Shown here: positions 50,250 through 60,253 of the stretch, in pieces
Layout: each line of letters opens with the position of its first letter
How positions within the stretch are numbered: the stretch's first letter is position 1
From: an uncultured Mycoplasmatota bacterium
GTDB taxonomy: Bacteria; Bacillota_I; Bacilli_A; RF39; UBA660
NCBI GenBank assembly: GCA_947574255.1
Contig: CANPJT010000001.1
Span: 4,554 to 68,553, forward strand
DNA: 64,000 bases
Direction of reading: 5' to 3'
The notes under the pieces: model-generated
Told to the model about the DNA's origin: nothing
Database searches by the model: none
What the model saw: the letters and a program-made list of their open reading frames with translations, nothing else
Translations under genes and position numbers: made by a program

Positions 50250-51787
50250 TATCTAAATAAACTCCATGGATTTAACCAAGTACCAATATCTGGTTCTCCT
50301 CTTGACAATCCAAAATGTAAGTGCGTTCCAGTTGATGAACCACTACTTCCCATATGGCCGATAATTTGACCTCGACTTACTTGTTGGCCAACGGATACCT
50401 TAACATCTTTCGTTAAGTGTGCATACATTGTATACATACCATTGCCATGATTTATTACTACATGATTACCATATGTATTTCCACACATATTTCTATATGA
50501 ACCAATATTAGCACATGTATTTGTTACGCTTTCAATTGTTCCTTCTCGAGAGGCATAAATAGGTGAGCCAAATCCAGTTCCAGAAATATCTATAGCATTA
50601 TGGAAAGATCCCCAACGCCATTCGAAGTTACTTGTAATAATATATGGACGATTGGTTGGCCAACCCCAAGCACCACCTGTATCAATATAAGTTCCTGTAA
50701 TGTTAGATGGTTTATAAGTATTTGTTTTAGGCTTTGTTCCACCTTTAGTAGTTATCTCATTTTGTGCTTCACGAATTGTTACAACACTAATTGGTTCAGC
50801 ACCTTGGCGTTCTTCACCATTTACAACTTCTTTTTTTCGGGTATATCTAACAATTCCTGTAATTCCTTGTTGAGTTATTTCTTCAAATGAAGTGGGTTTA
50901 TCTTTATCATATACAGTTTCCTTTTCAAAAGTTTGTTCACTATCCTCAACAACATGTAGATTTTCTACTAATGTTAAAACAGGATTGATTAAAGCAATGT
51001 TAACATTATCACCAATAGCTAAAATACTTGATTCATTTTTAAATTTAGGATTAGCTATTAAAAATTCTTGAGTATTTAATTTATTATTTTCAGATATAGA
51101 AGAAATAGTGTCTCCTTCTTGAACTGTATGAGTATTTTGTTTTTTGGTTGTACCAAATAATAAATACTGACTTAATTCAATAGGATCAGTATAAATATTT
51201 TCATGAACACTTATATGAGATAGCTTTATAGTAATAGTTTCCTCAAAATACATATTTTCTATAATTTGACCAATATCATCAATTTCTTCTTGATTATTAT
51301 TAATATAATCTTCAAAATCGTCTTTATCTATAAAGGCAGTTACAACATTTTCTAAAGCTTCTTCAAATATTTCTTTACTTAAAACATTTAAGGTTATATC
51401 TTTTTTATCTTCTTCTTGAAATTTTATTTTTACTTTATAAGCTTCTATCGTAAAATCATCAGCTTCTTTAATTTTATTATAAACAGATTTTACATCCGAT
51501 ATATCTTTAGTATAAGTTTTATATTCCTCAATATTAAATCCATTAGGTGGATAAACTGTTGAAACATTATATGCTTCTTTTATATCTTTTTGTTCTTCGT
51601 TAATTAAACTATACAATTCATTTTCATCACTAATTAAACCTATTTTATCTCCATTTAAATAAACTTGATAATAACTTTCTGCAATTTTATAGTTTCTACC
51701 TGACATGCCATTTACTAGAAATAAAACTATAATAATACAAGAAAGAATAGTAGTTTTTATTATTTCATTAGTTTTCAATATAATCAC
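50249..51787 (-). CDS. Membrane-anchored LysM + M23 family metallopeptidase
   Basis: N-terminal TM, LysM (QEGDTISSISENNKL) and a C-terminal M23 domain (HxxxD...HLHF). Confidence 0.7.
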   Translation of the reverse strand: MIILKTNEIIKTTILSCIIIVLFLVNGMSGRNYKIAESYYQVYLNGDKIGLISDENELYSLINEEQKDIKEAYNVSTVYPPNGFNIEEYKTYTKDISDVKSVYNKIKEADDFTIEAYKVKIKFQEEDKKDITLNVLSKEIFEEALENVVTAFIDKDDFEDYINNNQEEIDDIGQIIENMYFEETITIKLSHISVHENIYTDPIELSQYLLFGTTKKQNTHTVQEGDTISSISENNKLNTQEFLIANPKFKNESSILAIGDNVNIALINPVLTLVENLHVVEDSEQTFEKETVYDKDKPTSFEEITQQGITGIVRYTRKKEVVNGEERQGAEPISVVTIREAQNEITTKGGTKPKTNTYKPSNITGTYIDTGGAWGWPTNRPYIITSNFEWRWGSFHNAIDISGTGFGSPIYASREGTIESVTNTCANIGSYRNMCGNTYGNHVVINHGNGMYTMYAHLTKDVKVSVGQQVSRGQIIGHMGSSGSSTGTHLHFGLSRGEPDIGTWLNPWSLFR

Positions 51788-51792
51788 CCTTT

Positions 51793-53145
51793 TTAAAATA
51801 CTTCTTCTGGTTCCGATTTTAAATAATTTTTAAAACAGCTTTTGTCAAGCTCAAATAATATTTGAAATAAACCAGTTGACCCTCGACGATGTTTCGCTAT
51901 TATTAAATCAACTGGTACAATTTTTGGTTTTTCTTCAGCAGTTTTATTTTCAAAGTAATCTTGTCGATTTAAAAACATTACTAAATCTGCATCTTGTTCA
52001 ATTGATCCTGATTCACGTAAATCAGCTAGTCGAGGTTGATTGGATTCTCGTCGCTCTGCATTACGAGAAAGTTGGGCTAAGGCGATAACTGGAACTTTTA
52101 ATTCCATGGCCATTGTTTTAAAAGCACGAGATATGTCTGAAACTTCTACTTGACGAGATTCAGTTCTTCCCCCAGTAGTAACTAATTGTAGATAATCAAT
52201 TACAACTAAAGCTAAACCTTTTTCGCTATTAGCAAGTCTGCGACATTTTGCTTTTATTTCTGATGATGTAACTGAAGCATTATCTTCTATATAAATATTT
52301 GTATCAGCAAGTTGACTCATGGCTTCATTATATTTTTTCCAATCTGTATGATTTAACATTCCAGTTTTTAATTTATCTCCTTCGATACTACCTACAGCAC
52401 TAATCATACGGTTAACTAGTTGTTCGGCGCTCATTTCTAAATTGAAAACAGCTATAGCTTTATCTGTTGTAAATGCTGCATTAGTTGCTACATTAAGAGC
52501 AAAAGCAGTCTTTCCCATACCTGGACGTGCAGCAATTATAATTAATTCTCCTTCATGAAGACCACTTGTTGCTTTATCAAGTTCATAATATCCTGTTTCA
52601 AGCCCAGTTATTTGACTTTTATTTTTTGCCATCATTTCTAAATTTTCTTGAGCTCTTCTAAGTGCTTCACTAATAGGAGTAAACTCAGATGTTGTTCTAC
52701 TTCTAGCAACATCCAATACTTTTTTTTCTGCTTTATCTAATAATAGTGATAAATCTTTTTCTTCTTCGTATGTTGAAGTTATAATATTTGTAGCTGTGTC
52801 AATTAATTTTCGACGTATTGCTTTTTCTTTAATAATTTGAATATAGGAATCTAAATTAGCTGTAGTAGCAACCGAATCTATTATTTCACTAATATATTCT
52901 ATACCGCCAATGGCATTTAAGTTTTTTTGCTTATCTAATTCATTTTTTACTGTTGTAATATCTACAGGTGTATTAGTTTTATGTAGTTCTTCCAAAGCTT
53001 CGAATATTTTTCGATTAGCATCATTGTAAAACATACTGCCATCTACTTCTTCGCAGATTTTTTCTAAAGCATATTTATTTAAAAAACAAACTCCTAAAAC
53101 ACTCATTTCAGCTTCATTATTCTGGGGCATTTGTTTTACAGCCAT
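51793..53145 (-). CDS. dnaB: Replicative DNA helicase (DnaB family; DnaC in Bacillus nomenclature)
   Basis: Walker A GMGKT and RecA-like motifs, 450 aa. Confidence 0.9.
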   Translation of the reverse strand: MAVKQMPQNNEAEMSVLGVCFLNKYALEKICEEVDGSMFYNDANRKIFEALEELHKTNTPVDITTVKNELDKQKNLNAIGGIEYISEIIDSVATTANLDSYIQIIKEKAIRRKLIDTATNIITSTYEEEKDLSLLLDKAEKKVLDVARSRTTSEFTPISEALRRAQENLEMMAKNKSQITGLETGYYELDKATSGLHEGELIIIAARPGMGKTAFALNVATNAAFTTDKAIAVFNLEMSAEQLVNRMISAVGSIEGDKLKTGMLNHTDWKKYNEAMSQLADTNIYIEDNASVTSSEIKAKCRRLANSEKGLALVVIDYLQLVTTGGRTESRQVEVSDISRAFKTMAMELKVPVIALAQLSRNAERRESNQPRLADLRESGSIEQDADLVMFLNRQDYFENKTAEEKPKIVPVDLIIAKHRRGSTGLFQILFELDKSCFKNYLKSEPEEVF

Positions 53146-53163
53146 TTGTTTTTCACCCTCTTA

Positions 53164-53607
53164 CTATTTTTCTATAATATGAATATTTATTTCAAATTTC
53201 ACTTTTTTATGAAGCTCAATTTCAACTTTATGAACTCCTAAAGAATCTAGTGCATAATTTAAATGAATTGTTTTTTTATCAATTTTATAACCTATTTTTT
53301 TTAACTCCTCTTGAATTTGTTTAGATGAGATAGTACCGAAAGTTTTGCCATCTTTTCCCGCTTTTAATTTAAATATCAATTCTTTTGAATTTAATTCATT
53401 AGCAATTTTTTGACAATTATCTATAAGTTTATCTTCATTTATACGTCTTATTTCTAATTCATTATCTAATACTTCTTTACTTTTCTTAGAATAAGGTACT
53501 GCTAGTTTATTTTTTATTAAAAAATTATTAGCATATCCATCACTAACTTCTATTATTTCGTCACACTTACCTTGTCCTTTAACATCTTTTAGTAGTATTA
53601 CTTTCAT
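53164..53607 (-). CDS. rplI: 50S ribosomal protein L9
   Basis: Conserved L9 ([13 protein letters not shown]...). Confidence 0.9.
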   Translation of the reverse strand: MKVILLKDVKGQGKCDEIIEVSDGYANNFLIKNKLAVPYSKKSKEVLDNELEIRRINEDKLIDNCQKIANELNSKELIFKLKAGKDGKTFGTISSKQIQEELKKIGYKIDKKTIHLNYALDSLGVHKVEIELHKKVKFEINIHIIEK

Positions 53608-53699
53608 TTAAAAAATAATCCTCCAATCTTTTTTATTATATCATGTATATTACTTATATTCCAAATAAAAATTCTTTTGCTCTTTTTATCTTTAAACTC

Positions 53700-54566
53700 T
53701 TAATCTATTTTATTATCACTTTTTTTGCTTACAATTGAATCGATATTTTGTAAATTTTTTTGATAATTTTTTATTAATCTTAATTTTAACTCATTAGGAA
53801 ATCTTTTTGAAGTTTTCTCTTCTATTTCCTCAATAATCATTTTAGTGTTTGTTTCTTTCATTTTTTCTAACCATATTTTAAATATTTCTAATTCTTTTGA
53901 AGTACCATTTTTTAAAAAATTGGTAAGAATTTTAAACGAAGTGGGGAAACTATTAATTTCGGCATTATATTCGAGCATATATGTATCCATTAAATAAGAG
54001 TTAATATCATCATTTAAGTTTATTGTTCCACAAGATTCAAAGTCGTAATATGAAGTTAATTCTATTGGTTCGTCTATAAGTAATTCGATATTTGGTTCTG
54101 ATAAATCACTATTAGCTAAAAATATTTGAATCATAAATCGAAAAAATAATTCATTTTTTATTTGAGGATTATATTTGTATTTATGTTCTACACAAAATGT
54201 TTCAATTATTTCTGGTAACATTATTACATTATAAATCCTACTAGAGTTTGCTTTTTGATATTCTTTAATAACATTAGCTAATGAAATATTTGGTAAATTT
54301 TTTGGATTATAATTTTTTGAAATAATTCCAAATTTTCCTTTATATTGAGCTAGATCATAAGTTATTGTATTTAATCCTTTATTTTTTAATATTGTTGAAT
54401 AAAATAATTCTTTATATTGAATTTTTGTACCAACCACTTTATAAAACCATTCAATGTTACCATCAGTTAATTTATAAATTTTATTACGACTTATTTTTCT
54501 ATCGCTAAAATAAATACATTTATAATCATCTATTATTTTATAGCCATTTATTCGTTCCATAATCAA
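53700..54566 (-). CDS. Kinase-like protein (possible CotS/aminoglycoside-phosphotransferase fold, spore-coat type)
   Basis: LANSDLSEPNIEL resembles the HGDLHxxNI catalytic loop and YYDFES the (I/L)IDFE metal-binding motif. Weak. Confidence 0.35.
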   Translation of the reverse strand: MIMERINGYKIIDDYKCIYFSDRKISRNKIYKLTDGNIEWFYKVVGTKIQYKELFYSTILKNKGLNTITYDLAQYKGKFGIISKNYNPKNLPNISLANVIKEYQKANSSRIYNVIMLPEIIETFCVEHKYKYNPQIKNELFFRFMIQIFLANSDLSEPNIELLIDEPIELTSYYDFESCGTINLNDDINSYLMDTYMLEYNAEINSFPTSFKILTNFLKNGTSKELEIFKIWLEKMKETNTKMIIEEIEEKTSKRFPNELKLRLIKNYQKNLQNIDSIVSKKSDNKID

Positions 54567-54640
54567 TCACAAAGCGTATTTTAACATATAAAACATTTTT
54601 TACAAAGTAATAAAAAGCATTTGAATAATTTCAAACGCTT

Positions 54641-56278
54641 TTAATAATTAATATTATCTTCTAAAACTTCTTGTTCATCTAATAGAACTTCATTTTGTGG
54701 AAGAAAACTATCATCTTGTTCAAGAATTGCATATCTTTGGTCACTTTCAATTTTTTCAGCCCATATTGCTAAGAAGGATTCTGCTGATTCTTCTCCTCTA
54801 GTTGAGATTATTTGCTGTAAATATGATTCTCCGCCTAATTTTTCTATTGTTTCTGGAGAATATATTTGTAGCCAATCAGGCAATTCAAAATTATTTCTTT
54901 TAAATGTAAATAAACTTTTAGTTTGATCAAAAGTAATATTTGAATTTTGGATACTTCCGTCTTCTTTAATTAAAGAAATACTATGCATTATTTCCTCAGT
55001 ATTTTCTTTAGACCATTTCATAACTTCTAAAGCATCTTTAGCACCAATCATTTCAATCATTTCATCTAATTTTTTAGAGAACATTTCTTGATAGTTTTGA
55101 AGAATAGGGCTAATACTTTTTCTTAACTCTGCACTATAATACTGAGTACTTAAAGCTAAAGCCATTACTTGCATCCAATCATTAGTATGATAAGTTGACC
55201 AATGTCCATAATCATTTTTTTCTTTTTCATTTTGTAATTTTTTACTTAATATATTTAATTCATTATTTAGCAAATTAGAAATTGTAACACTTGATAGATT
55301 ATTATATTCTCCTAAACGCCAAGTATTTGAAATACATTTTGCGTCTTCTAATTTATTATAAATAGATATTAAATCGTTAGTAGCATCAATCGTAACACTT
55401 ATTCCTTCTTTATCATAACTTGATTCTGAAATTGGCTTTTCATATAAATCGAAAGTAGGATAATTTTTACGATTGCACAATAAAGACATAGTAGCACCAT
55501 AAAATCCTAGTTTTTGTTTATCAGGATATGGATCTTTATTACCATAAATACCTACTTCATCTAAAATAACACTATCATCTAATGGTACACTTTCAGTTAA
55601 TTTAATATTTGCTGTGTCCTTAAATAGGAAGTATTCGTGTTTCATTTCAGCTAAATTTTTGCATTTTTTTTCTGTTGCTGTATGATATCCTAATTGAAAG
55701 TTTTTTACTCCAACTAAATAATGATATAAAAGTTTGACTGGCATTTCTGTATTAGTATCAAAATTATCATATATAAAACGCTTTTTAGGAATCTTGTTTG
55801 ATTTTTCTTTTTTTCTCCACCATTCATAAGCATTATTTAATGGCTCTTTTTTTACATAAGATGGAAGTTCTTCAATGTCATCTCCATAAATACTAAATTT
55901 TTTCTTATAAAATAATTCTGATATATCATGCATTATAACTTGACCCAACGAATTTACAGTTCTAAAAAGAGATGGTTCTCCAGATTCATCTAAATAAACG
56001 TTAGTAATTTGGAAATTAGATTGATTAACGCCTAAGTCAATTAATTTACTTATATCAAATTCTGCTTCTAAGTATTCTGTAGGATTTTGAAGAACTGATT
56101 TATAATTCCCCATATTAACTCTAACATTTACGCATTTGCTAATTTCGACAATATTTAAATCTTGCCATTCTTGTTTTGTAGGTTCAAAAGAGTCTACATC
56201 AACAATATACATTTTATAAGGTTCCTGTTCTTCTAATAAGCCATTTGATAAACCGATTAATACTTTCATTTTTAACAC
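54641..56278 (-). CDS. Hypothetical 545-aa cytoplasmic protein, no recognisable motifs
   Basis: ORF only. Lies between rpsR and rplI, where Bacillus has gdpP and yybS. Confidence 0.4.
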   Translation of the reverse strand: MLKMKVLIGLSNGLLEEQEPYKMYIVDVDSFEPTKQEWQDLNIVEISKCVNVRVNMGNYKSVLQNPTEYLEAEFDISKLIDLGVNQSNFQITNVYLDESGEPSLFRTVNSLGQVIMHDISELFYKKKFSIYGDDIEELPSYVKKEPLNNAYEWWRKKEKSNKIPKKRFIYDNFDTNTEMPVKLLYHYLVGVKNFQLGYHTATEKKCKNLAEMKHEYFLFKDTANIKLTESVPLDDSVILDEVGIYGNKDPYPDKQKLGFYGATMSLLCNRKNYPTFDLYEKPISESSYDKEGISVTIDATNDLISIYNKLEDAKCISNTWRLGEYNNLSSVTISNLLNNELNILSKKLQNEKEKNDYGHWSTYHTNDWMQVMALALSTQYYSAELRKSISPILQNYQEMFSKKLDEMIEMIGAKDALEVMKWSKENTEEIMHSISLIKEDGSIQNSNITFDQTKSLFTFKRNNFELPDWLQIYSPETIEKLGGESYLQQIISTRGEESAESFLAIWAEKIESDQRYAILEQDDSFLPQNEVLLDEQEVLEDNINY

Positions 56279-56404
56279 TCACTTTCATTAATTTTCAAAC
56301 TGCTTAGGTTTTTATTTTATACCTATTCTTTTAGATTATACCATATGATTTTCTTCCCATTCAATGATATATTTAATTTTATTTTTAATTGACATTTAAA
56401 TTTG

Positions 56405-56436
56405 ACATAAAAAAACTATTGATTTTTCCAATAGTT
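56405..56436 (-). terminator. Rho-independent terminator of the rpsF-ssb-rpsR operon (overlaps the rpsR stop codon)
   Basis: Minus-sense AACUAUUG-gaaaaau-CAAUAGUU (8-bp perfect stem) followed by UUUUUUUA. Confidence 0.55.
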
Positions 56437-56650
56437 ATTTAACATATGGTATTAATGCCATAAATCTTGCATATTTAATTTGCTCAGCAATATGTCTTTG
56501 ATGTTTAGCACAAGCCCCTGTCATACGTCTTGGCATAATTTTACCTTTTTCATTAATATATTTATTAATAATTACAACATCTTTATAATCAACACTTTTT
56601 CCAGCACACATTTGACATATTTTTTTCTTTTTTCTACGAAATTCTGCCAC
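56435..56650 (-). CDS. rpsR: 30S ribosomal protein S18
   Basis: Conserved S18. Confidence 0.9.
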   Translation of the reverse strand: MAEFRRKKKKICQMCAGKSVDYKDVVIINKYINEKGKIMPRRMTGACAKHQRHIAEQIKYARFMALIPYVK

Positions 56651-56667
56651 TTTAATTATCTCCTTTC

Positions 56668-57135
56668 TTAAAATGGTAAATCATCATCACTTAATGCTAT
56701 TTCTTCGCCAAAATCTTTAAATGGGTCTTCTGAAATATCAGAAGTTGGCATTGCCCCACTTGGTTCATTGAACGTTCCATTATTATCAAAACTATTGTAA
56801 GAACTTGAATTATTATCATTTTTTGAACCTAGGAATGTAACATTATCACAGATGATATCAGTTGTATATCTTTTTGTTCCATCTTGTGCGTCATATGATC
56901 CAGTTTGGATTCTTCCATCAATAGCAACTTGCGTTCCTTTTGTACAATATTTAGCAATATTTTCAGCTTGTCTTCGCCAAGCAACGCAGTTAATAAAGTC
57001 AGTTCCTCTTTCACCGTTTTGATCCTGATAAGTACGATTTACTGCAACGCTAAATCTTGTTACATTAACCCCACTTATTGTTGTACGCATTTCTGGATCT
57101 TTTGTAAGTCTCCCTATTAAAATAACTTTATTCAT
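56668..57135 (-). CDS. ssb: Single-stranded DNA-binding protein
   Basis: OB fold and an acidic C-terminal tip DDDLPF. Confidence 0.9.
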   Translation of the reverse strand: MNKVILIGRLTKDPEMRTTISGVNVTRFSVAVNRTYQDQNGERGTDFINCVAWRRQAENIAKYCTKGTQVAIDGRIQTGSYDAQDGTKRYTTDIICDNVTFLGSKNDNNSSSYNSFDNNGTFNEPSGAMPTSDISEDPFKDFGEEIALSDDDLPF

Positions 57136-57139
57136 TAAT

Positions 57140-57430
57140 CTACTCCTCGTCTAATTTAATAATTAGATGTCTTAAAATATTTTCGTTTATTAAAGCTTTA
57201 CGATCTAATTCACTTATAGCTTCAGTACCTGCTTCAATAATCATTACATAGTAATATCCATTAATTTCTTTTTTTATAGGATAAGCTAATTTTTTCTCAC
57301 CTAGTTCATTAAATTCTACAACTTTACCTTTATTTTCTGTAACAATACTTTTCATTTCTTCAGCATATTTTTTAATATCATTACTTTCATTAGTAGATTT
57401 AACAATGAACATAACTTCATATTTTTTCAT
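57140..57430 (-). CDS. rpsF: 30S ribosomal protein S6
   Basis: Conserved S6. Strong SD AAGGAGGTG. Confidence 0.9.
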   Translation of the reverse strand: MKKYEVMFIVKSTNESNDIKKYAEEMKSIVTENKGKVVEFNELGEKKLAYPIKKEINGYYYVMIIEAGTEAISELDRKALINENILRHLIIKLDEE

Positions 57431-57505
57431 TATTCTACACCTCCTTATGGTCTTAATTGGCTTTAGAACTACCTAAAGCAAGGAGTAAATTCATACTCGT
57501 TTAAG

Positions 57506-57534
57506 ATTATAACAGACTTTCTTTGATATGTAAA
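57506..57534 (-). promoter_or_regulatory. rpsF operon promoter (TTTACA-17-TGtTATAAT, extended -10) with about 70-nt leader
   Basis: Read directly on the minus strand. The leader may carry the S6:S18 autoregulatory mimic known in other bacteria. Confidence 0.45.
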
Positions 57535-57610
57535 TCAATAATTTATTATGTTAAAATTTACAAAAATATTCTTTTTTTTGTCTTATCTTTAAAGTTTATT
57601 TATAATAAGA

Positions 57611-58375
57611 TTATTTTTTTATATAATAATCTTTAATCTTATTTCTATTTTGTTCTATTACTTCCTGAATTTTTGGAAATAATTTACTCAAAAACAGTAT
57701 TTTGTATTGATAAATATTTAAATGCTCTTCTTTACTGGATAAAGTTTTTTTATATAGTGTTCCAAATATAATATTAAAACCTAATATATTTAATAGTGTT
57801 TCAATAGTTTTAAAATATTCTGAATCTTTATAATTTGGATTAAAACTTAAATAATTTATTATGTCTATAATAGTTTGGCTTTTTCCATCATGTATTGTTA
57901 CATCATTAAGTTTTATAATATTATTTTCTAATAAAATACAATTTGCTGACTTTTCGAGTTTATCAAAGGGAATCGCAACTTCAAAAGATAAATTGTATAT
58001 AAAATCTTTTGTAAATTCATAATTTCCAATTCCTAAATATTTTAAAACTAATTCATCAGGTAGTTCTAACTCTAATATTTTATATTCAAGAACAATATTA
58101 TTATTGCTTTCTAATTTATTACTAAAATAGTTTACATAATTTATTGCATCAAATAAATCAAGAAAAAAGAATAAAGAATTTTCGATTTCTTCTTCATTAA
58201 ATGTATTAACACATGGTTCGCCATTTTTAATTATGGAAGCTTGGTGAAATAGATTATTAAATTCTTTTCTTTTATTATATTCTATTTTTTTATAATCAGA
58301 AAGACATAGAAACCCCTTATTTAAATTATCCCAATTATTTTGATCATTTTTAAAAAAGACTTTATATAATTTCAT
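57611..58375 (-). CDS. Hypothetical protein
   Basis: ORF only (254 aa). Confidence 0.35.
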   Translation of the reverse strand: MKLYKVFFKNDQNNWDNLNKGFLCLSDYKKIEYNKRKEFNNLFHQASIIKNGEPCVNTFNEEEIENSLFFFLDLFDAINYVNYFSNKLESNNNIVLEYKILELELPDELVLKYLGIGNYEFTKDFIYNLSFEVAIPFDKLEKSANCILLENNIIKLNDVTIHDGKSQTIIDIINYLSFNPNYKDSEYFKTIETLLNILGFNIIFGTLYKKTLSSKEEHLNIYQYKILFLSKLFPKIQEVIEQNRNKIKDYYIKK

Positions 58376-58414
58376 AATTTTTTGCTCCTTTTATAATAAA
58401 AAACAAAGGAGAAT

Positions 58415-59065
58415 CTAATCTTTAGAATCTCCAAATATACTTAATAAATGTAAAAAAATGTTAATATAGTCTAAATAAAGATTTAAAGCTCCAATAATTG
58501 CTAAAGCATCTTCATCAATATTCTCATTTGATAACTGTTTTATTTTTTGAACATCATATGCAGTAAAACCGAAGAATATTAAAACTGATATAACAGATAA
58601 AACTAAATCAAAATTATTACTTCCAACAAATATATTTATAATGAAACAGACAATTACAGCAAACAAAGCCATCATTAAATATGTTCCTAGCCTTGTTAAA
58701 TCTATTTTAGTAAAAAAACCAATAAGACCGAATACTAAAAATACTGTAGCGGCTATTAAAAATATAAATATTATAGATGTAAGTTTATAAACAATAAATA
58801 TTGACGAAAAAGTTAACCCTGATACAAAACTATATAACAAAAAGAATATTCTTGCTGTATTTTTACTCATTTTTCTTACTCTAACCGATAAAAATATAAC
58901 TAATCCTAATTCAATTAAGGATAAAATTATATATGTAGAACTTGTAAAGATATTAATTAACATTGTTTCATTATGTGCAACTCCATATCCTGTTATAAAT
59001 GTAATTAATAATCCAATAAACATCCAGATGAATGTTTTACTCATTATTTTATTTTCCATAGACAA
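58415..59065 (-). CDS. Bax inhibitor-1/YccA family membrane protein
   Basis: 7-TM, 216 aa, BI-1-like. Confidence 0.7.
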   Translation of the reverse strand: MSMENKIMSKTFIWMFIGLLITFITGYGVAHNETMLINIFTSSTYIILSLIELGLVIFLSVRVRKMSKNTARIFFLLYSFVSGLTFSSIFIVYKLTSIIFIFLIAATVFLVFGLIGFFTKIDLTRLGTYLMMALFAVIVCFIINIFVGSNNFDLVLSVISVLIFFGFTAYDVQKIKQLSNENIDEDALAIIGALNLYLDYINIFLHLLSIFGDSKD

Positions 59066-59134
59066 ACTCCTTTATTTATATATGTAATTATTATATCACA
59101 ATTTTATGATTTTAATATAAAAGAAAGATTAATA

Positions 59135-60235
59135 TTATACATTAAAGCGAAAATATACAATATCACCATCATGCATAATATAATCTTTTCCTTCTAAATA
59201 CAATTTCCCAGATTCTTGCACTTTTTTTTCGTCATTTAATTCTTCTAAATCATTAAATTTCATAATTTCGGCTTTAATAAAGCCTCTTTCGATATCACTG
59301 TGTATTATTCCAGCACATTTTTTAGCATTAGTTCCTTTTTTAAAAGTCCAAGCCTTAACTTCATCTTTTCCTACTGTAAAAAATGTTTGTAACCCTAATA
59401 AGTCATATGTTGCAAATATTAACTTGTCTAATCCACTATAATTGATCCCCAGTTCTCTTAAAAATTCTATTTTATCACTTTCTTCAAGTTCTGCTAATTC
59501 TGATTCTATTTTACAACACATTATTATAACTCCAGCATTTTCGCTTCCAGCATATTCTTGAACTTTTTTTGTATATTCATTACCATTTTCTACTACATCA
59601 TTTTCTGTTACATTTGCGACATATATTAAAGGTTTTAATGTTATAAAATTAAAATTTTTTAGTATTAATAATTCTTCTTCTTCAAATTCTAGTTGACGTA
59701 ATGCTTGATTATTAAGTAAAGATTCTCGAGCTTTTTTTAAAGTATTCACTTCTTTTAAAGCATTTTTATCCTTAGTAGTTTCAGCTTTTTTGGCTATTTT
59801 TTCAATTCGATTTTCAATAATTTCTAAGTCTGCTAAAATAAGTTCTAAATTAATTATCTCAATATCACGAATTGGATTAACATCTCCTTCAACATGAATG
59901 ACATTTTCATCTTTAAAACATCTTACGACTTCAACAATAGCATCTACTTCTCGAATATGTGATAAAAATTTATTTCCTAATCCTTCTCCTTTAGAAGCAC
60001 CTTTAACTAGACCAGCTATATCAGTAAATTCAAAAGTGGTTGGTACTAAACTTTTGGGCAAATACATATTTTCTAAAAACTCTAGCCTTTTATCTGGTAC
60101 AGTTACTACTCCAATATTAGGATCAATTGTTGCAAAAGGATAATTAGCTGCTAAAATATTTTTTTTAGTTATTGCATTAAATAAAGTAGATTTACCAACA
60201 TTAGGTAAACCTACAATTCCTGCTTTTAATGACAT
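59135..60235 (-). CDS. ychF: Ribosome-binding ATPase YchF
   Basis: GLPNVGKST G1 motif and a TGS C-terminal domain. Confidence 0.9.
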   Translation of the reverse strand: MSLKAGIVGLPNVGKSTLFNAITKKNILAANYPFATIDPNIGVVTVPDKRLEFLENMYLPKSLVPTTFEFTDIAGLVKGASKGEGLGNKFLSHIREVDAIVEVVRCFKDENVIHVEGDVNPIRDIEIINLELILADLEIIENRIEKIAKKAETTKDKNALKEVNTLKKARESLLNNQALRQLEFEEEELLILKNFNFITLKPLIYVANVTENDVVENGNEYTKKVQEYAGSENAGVIIMCCKIESELAELEESDKIEFLRELGINYSGLDKLIFATYDLLGLQTFFTVGKDEVKAWTFKKGTNAKKCAGIIHSDIERGFIKAEIMKFNDLEELNDEKKVQESGKLYLEGKDYIMHDGDIVYFRFNV

Positions 60236-60253
60236 ATAATCACCTCTTTAAAA

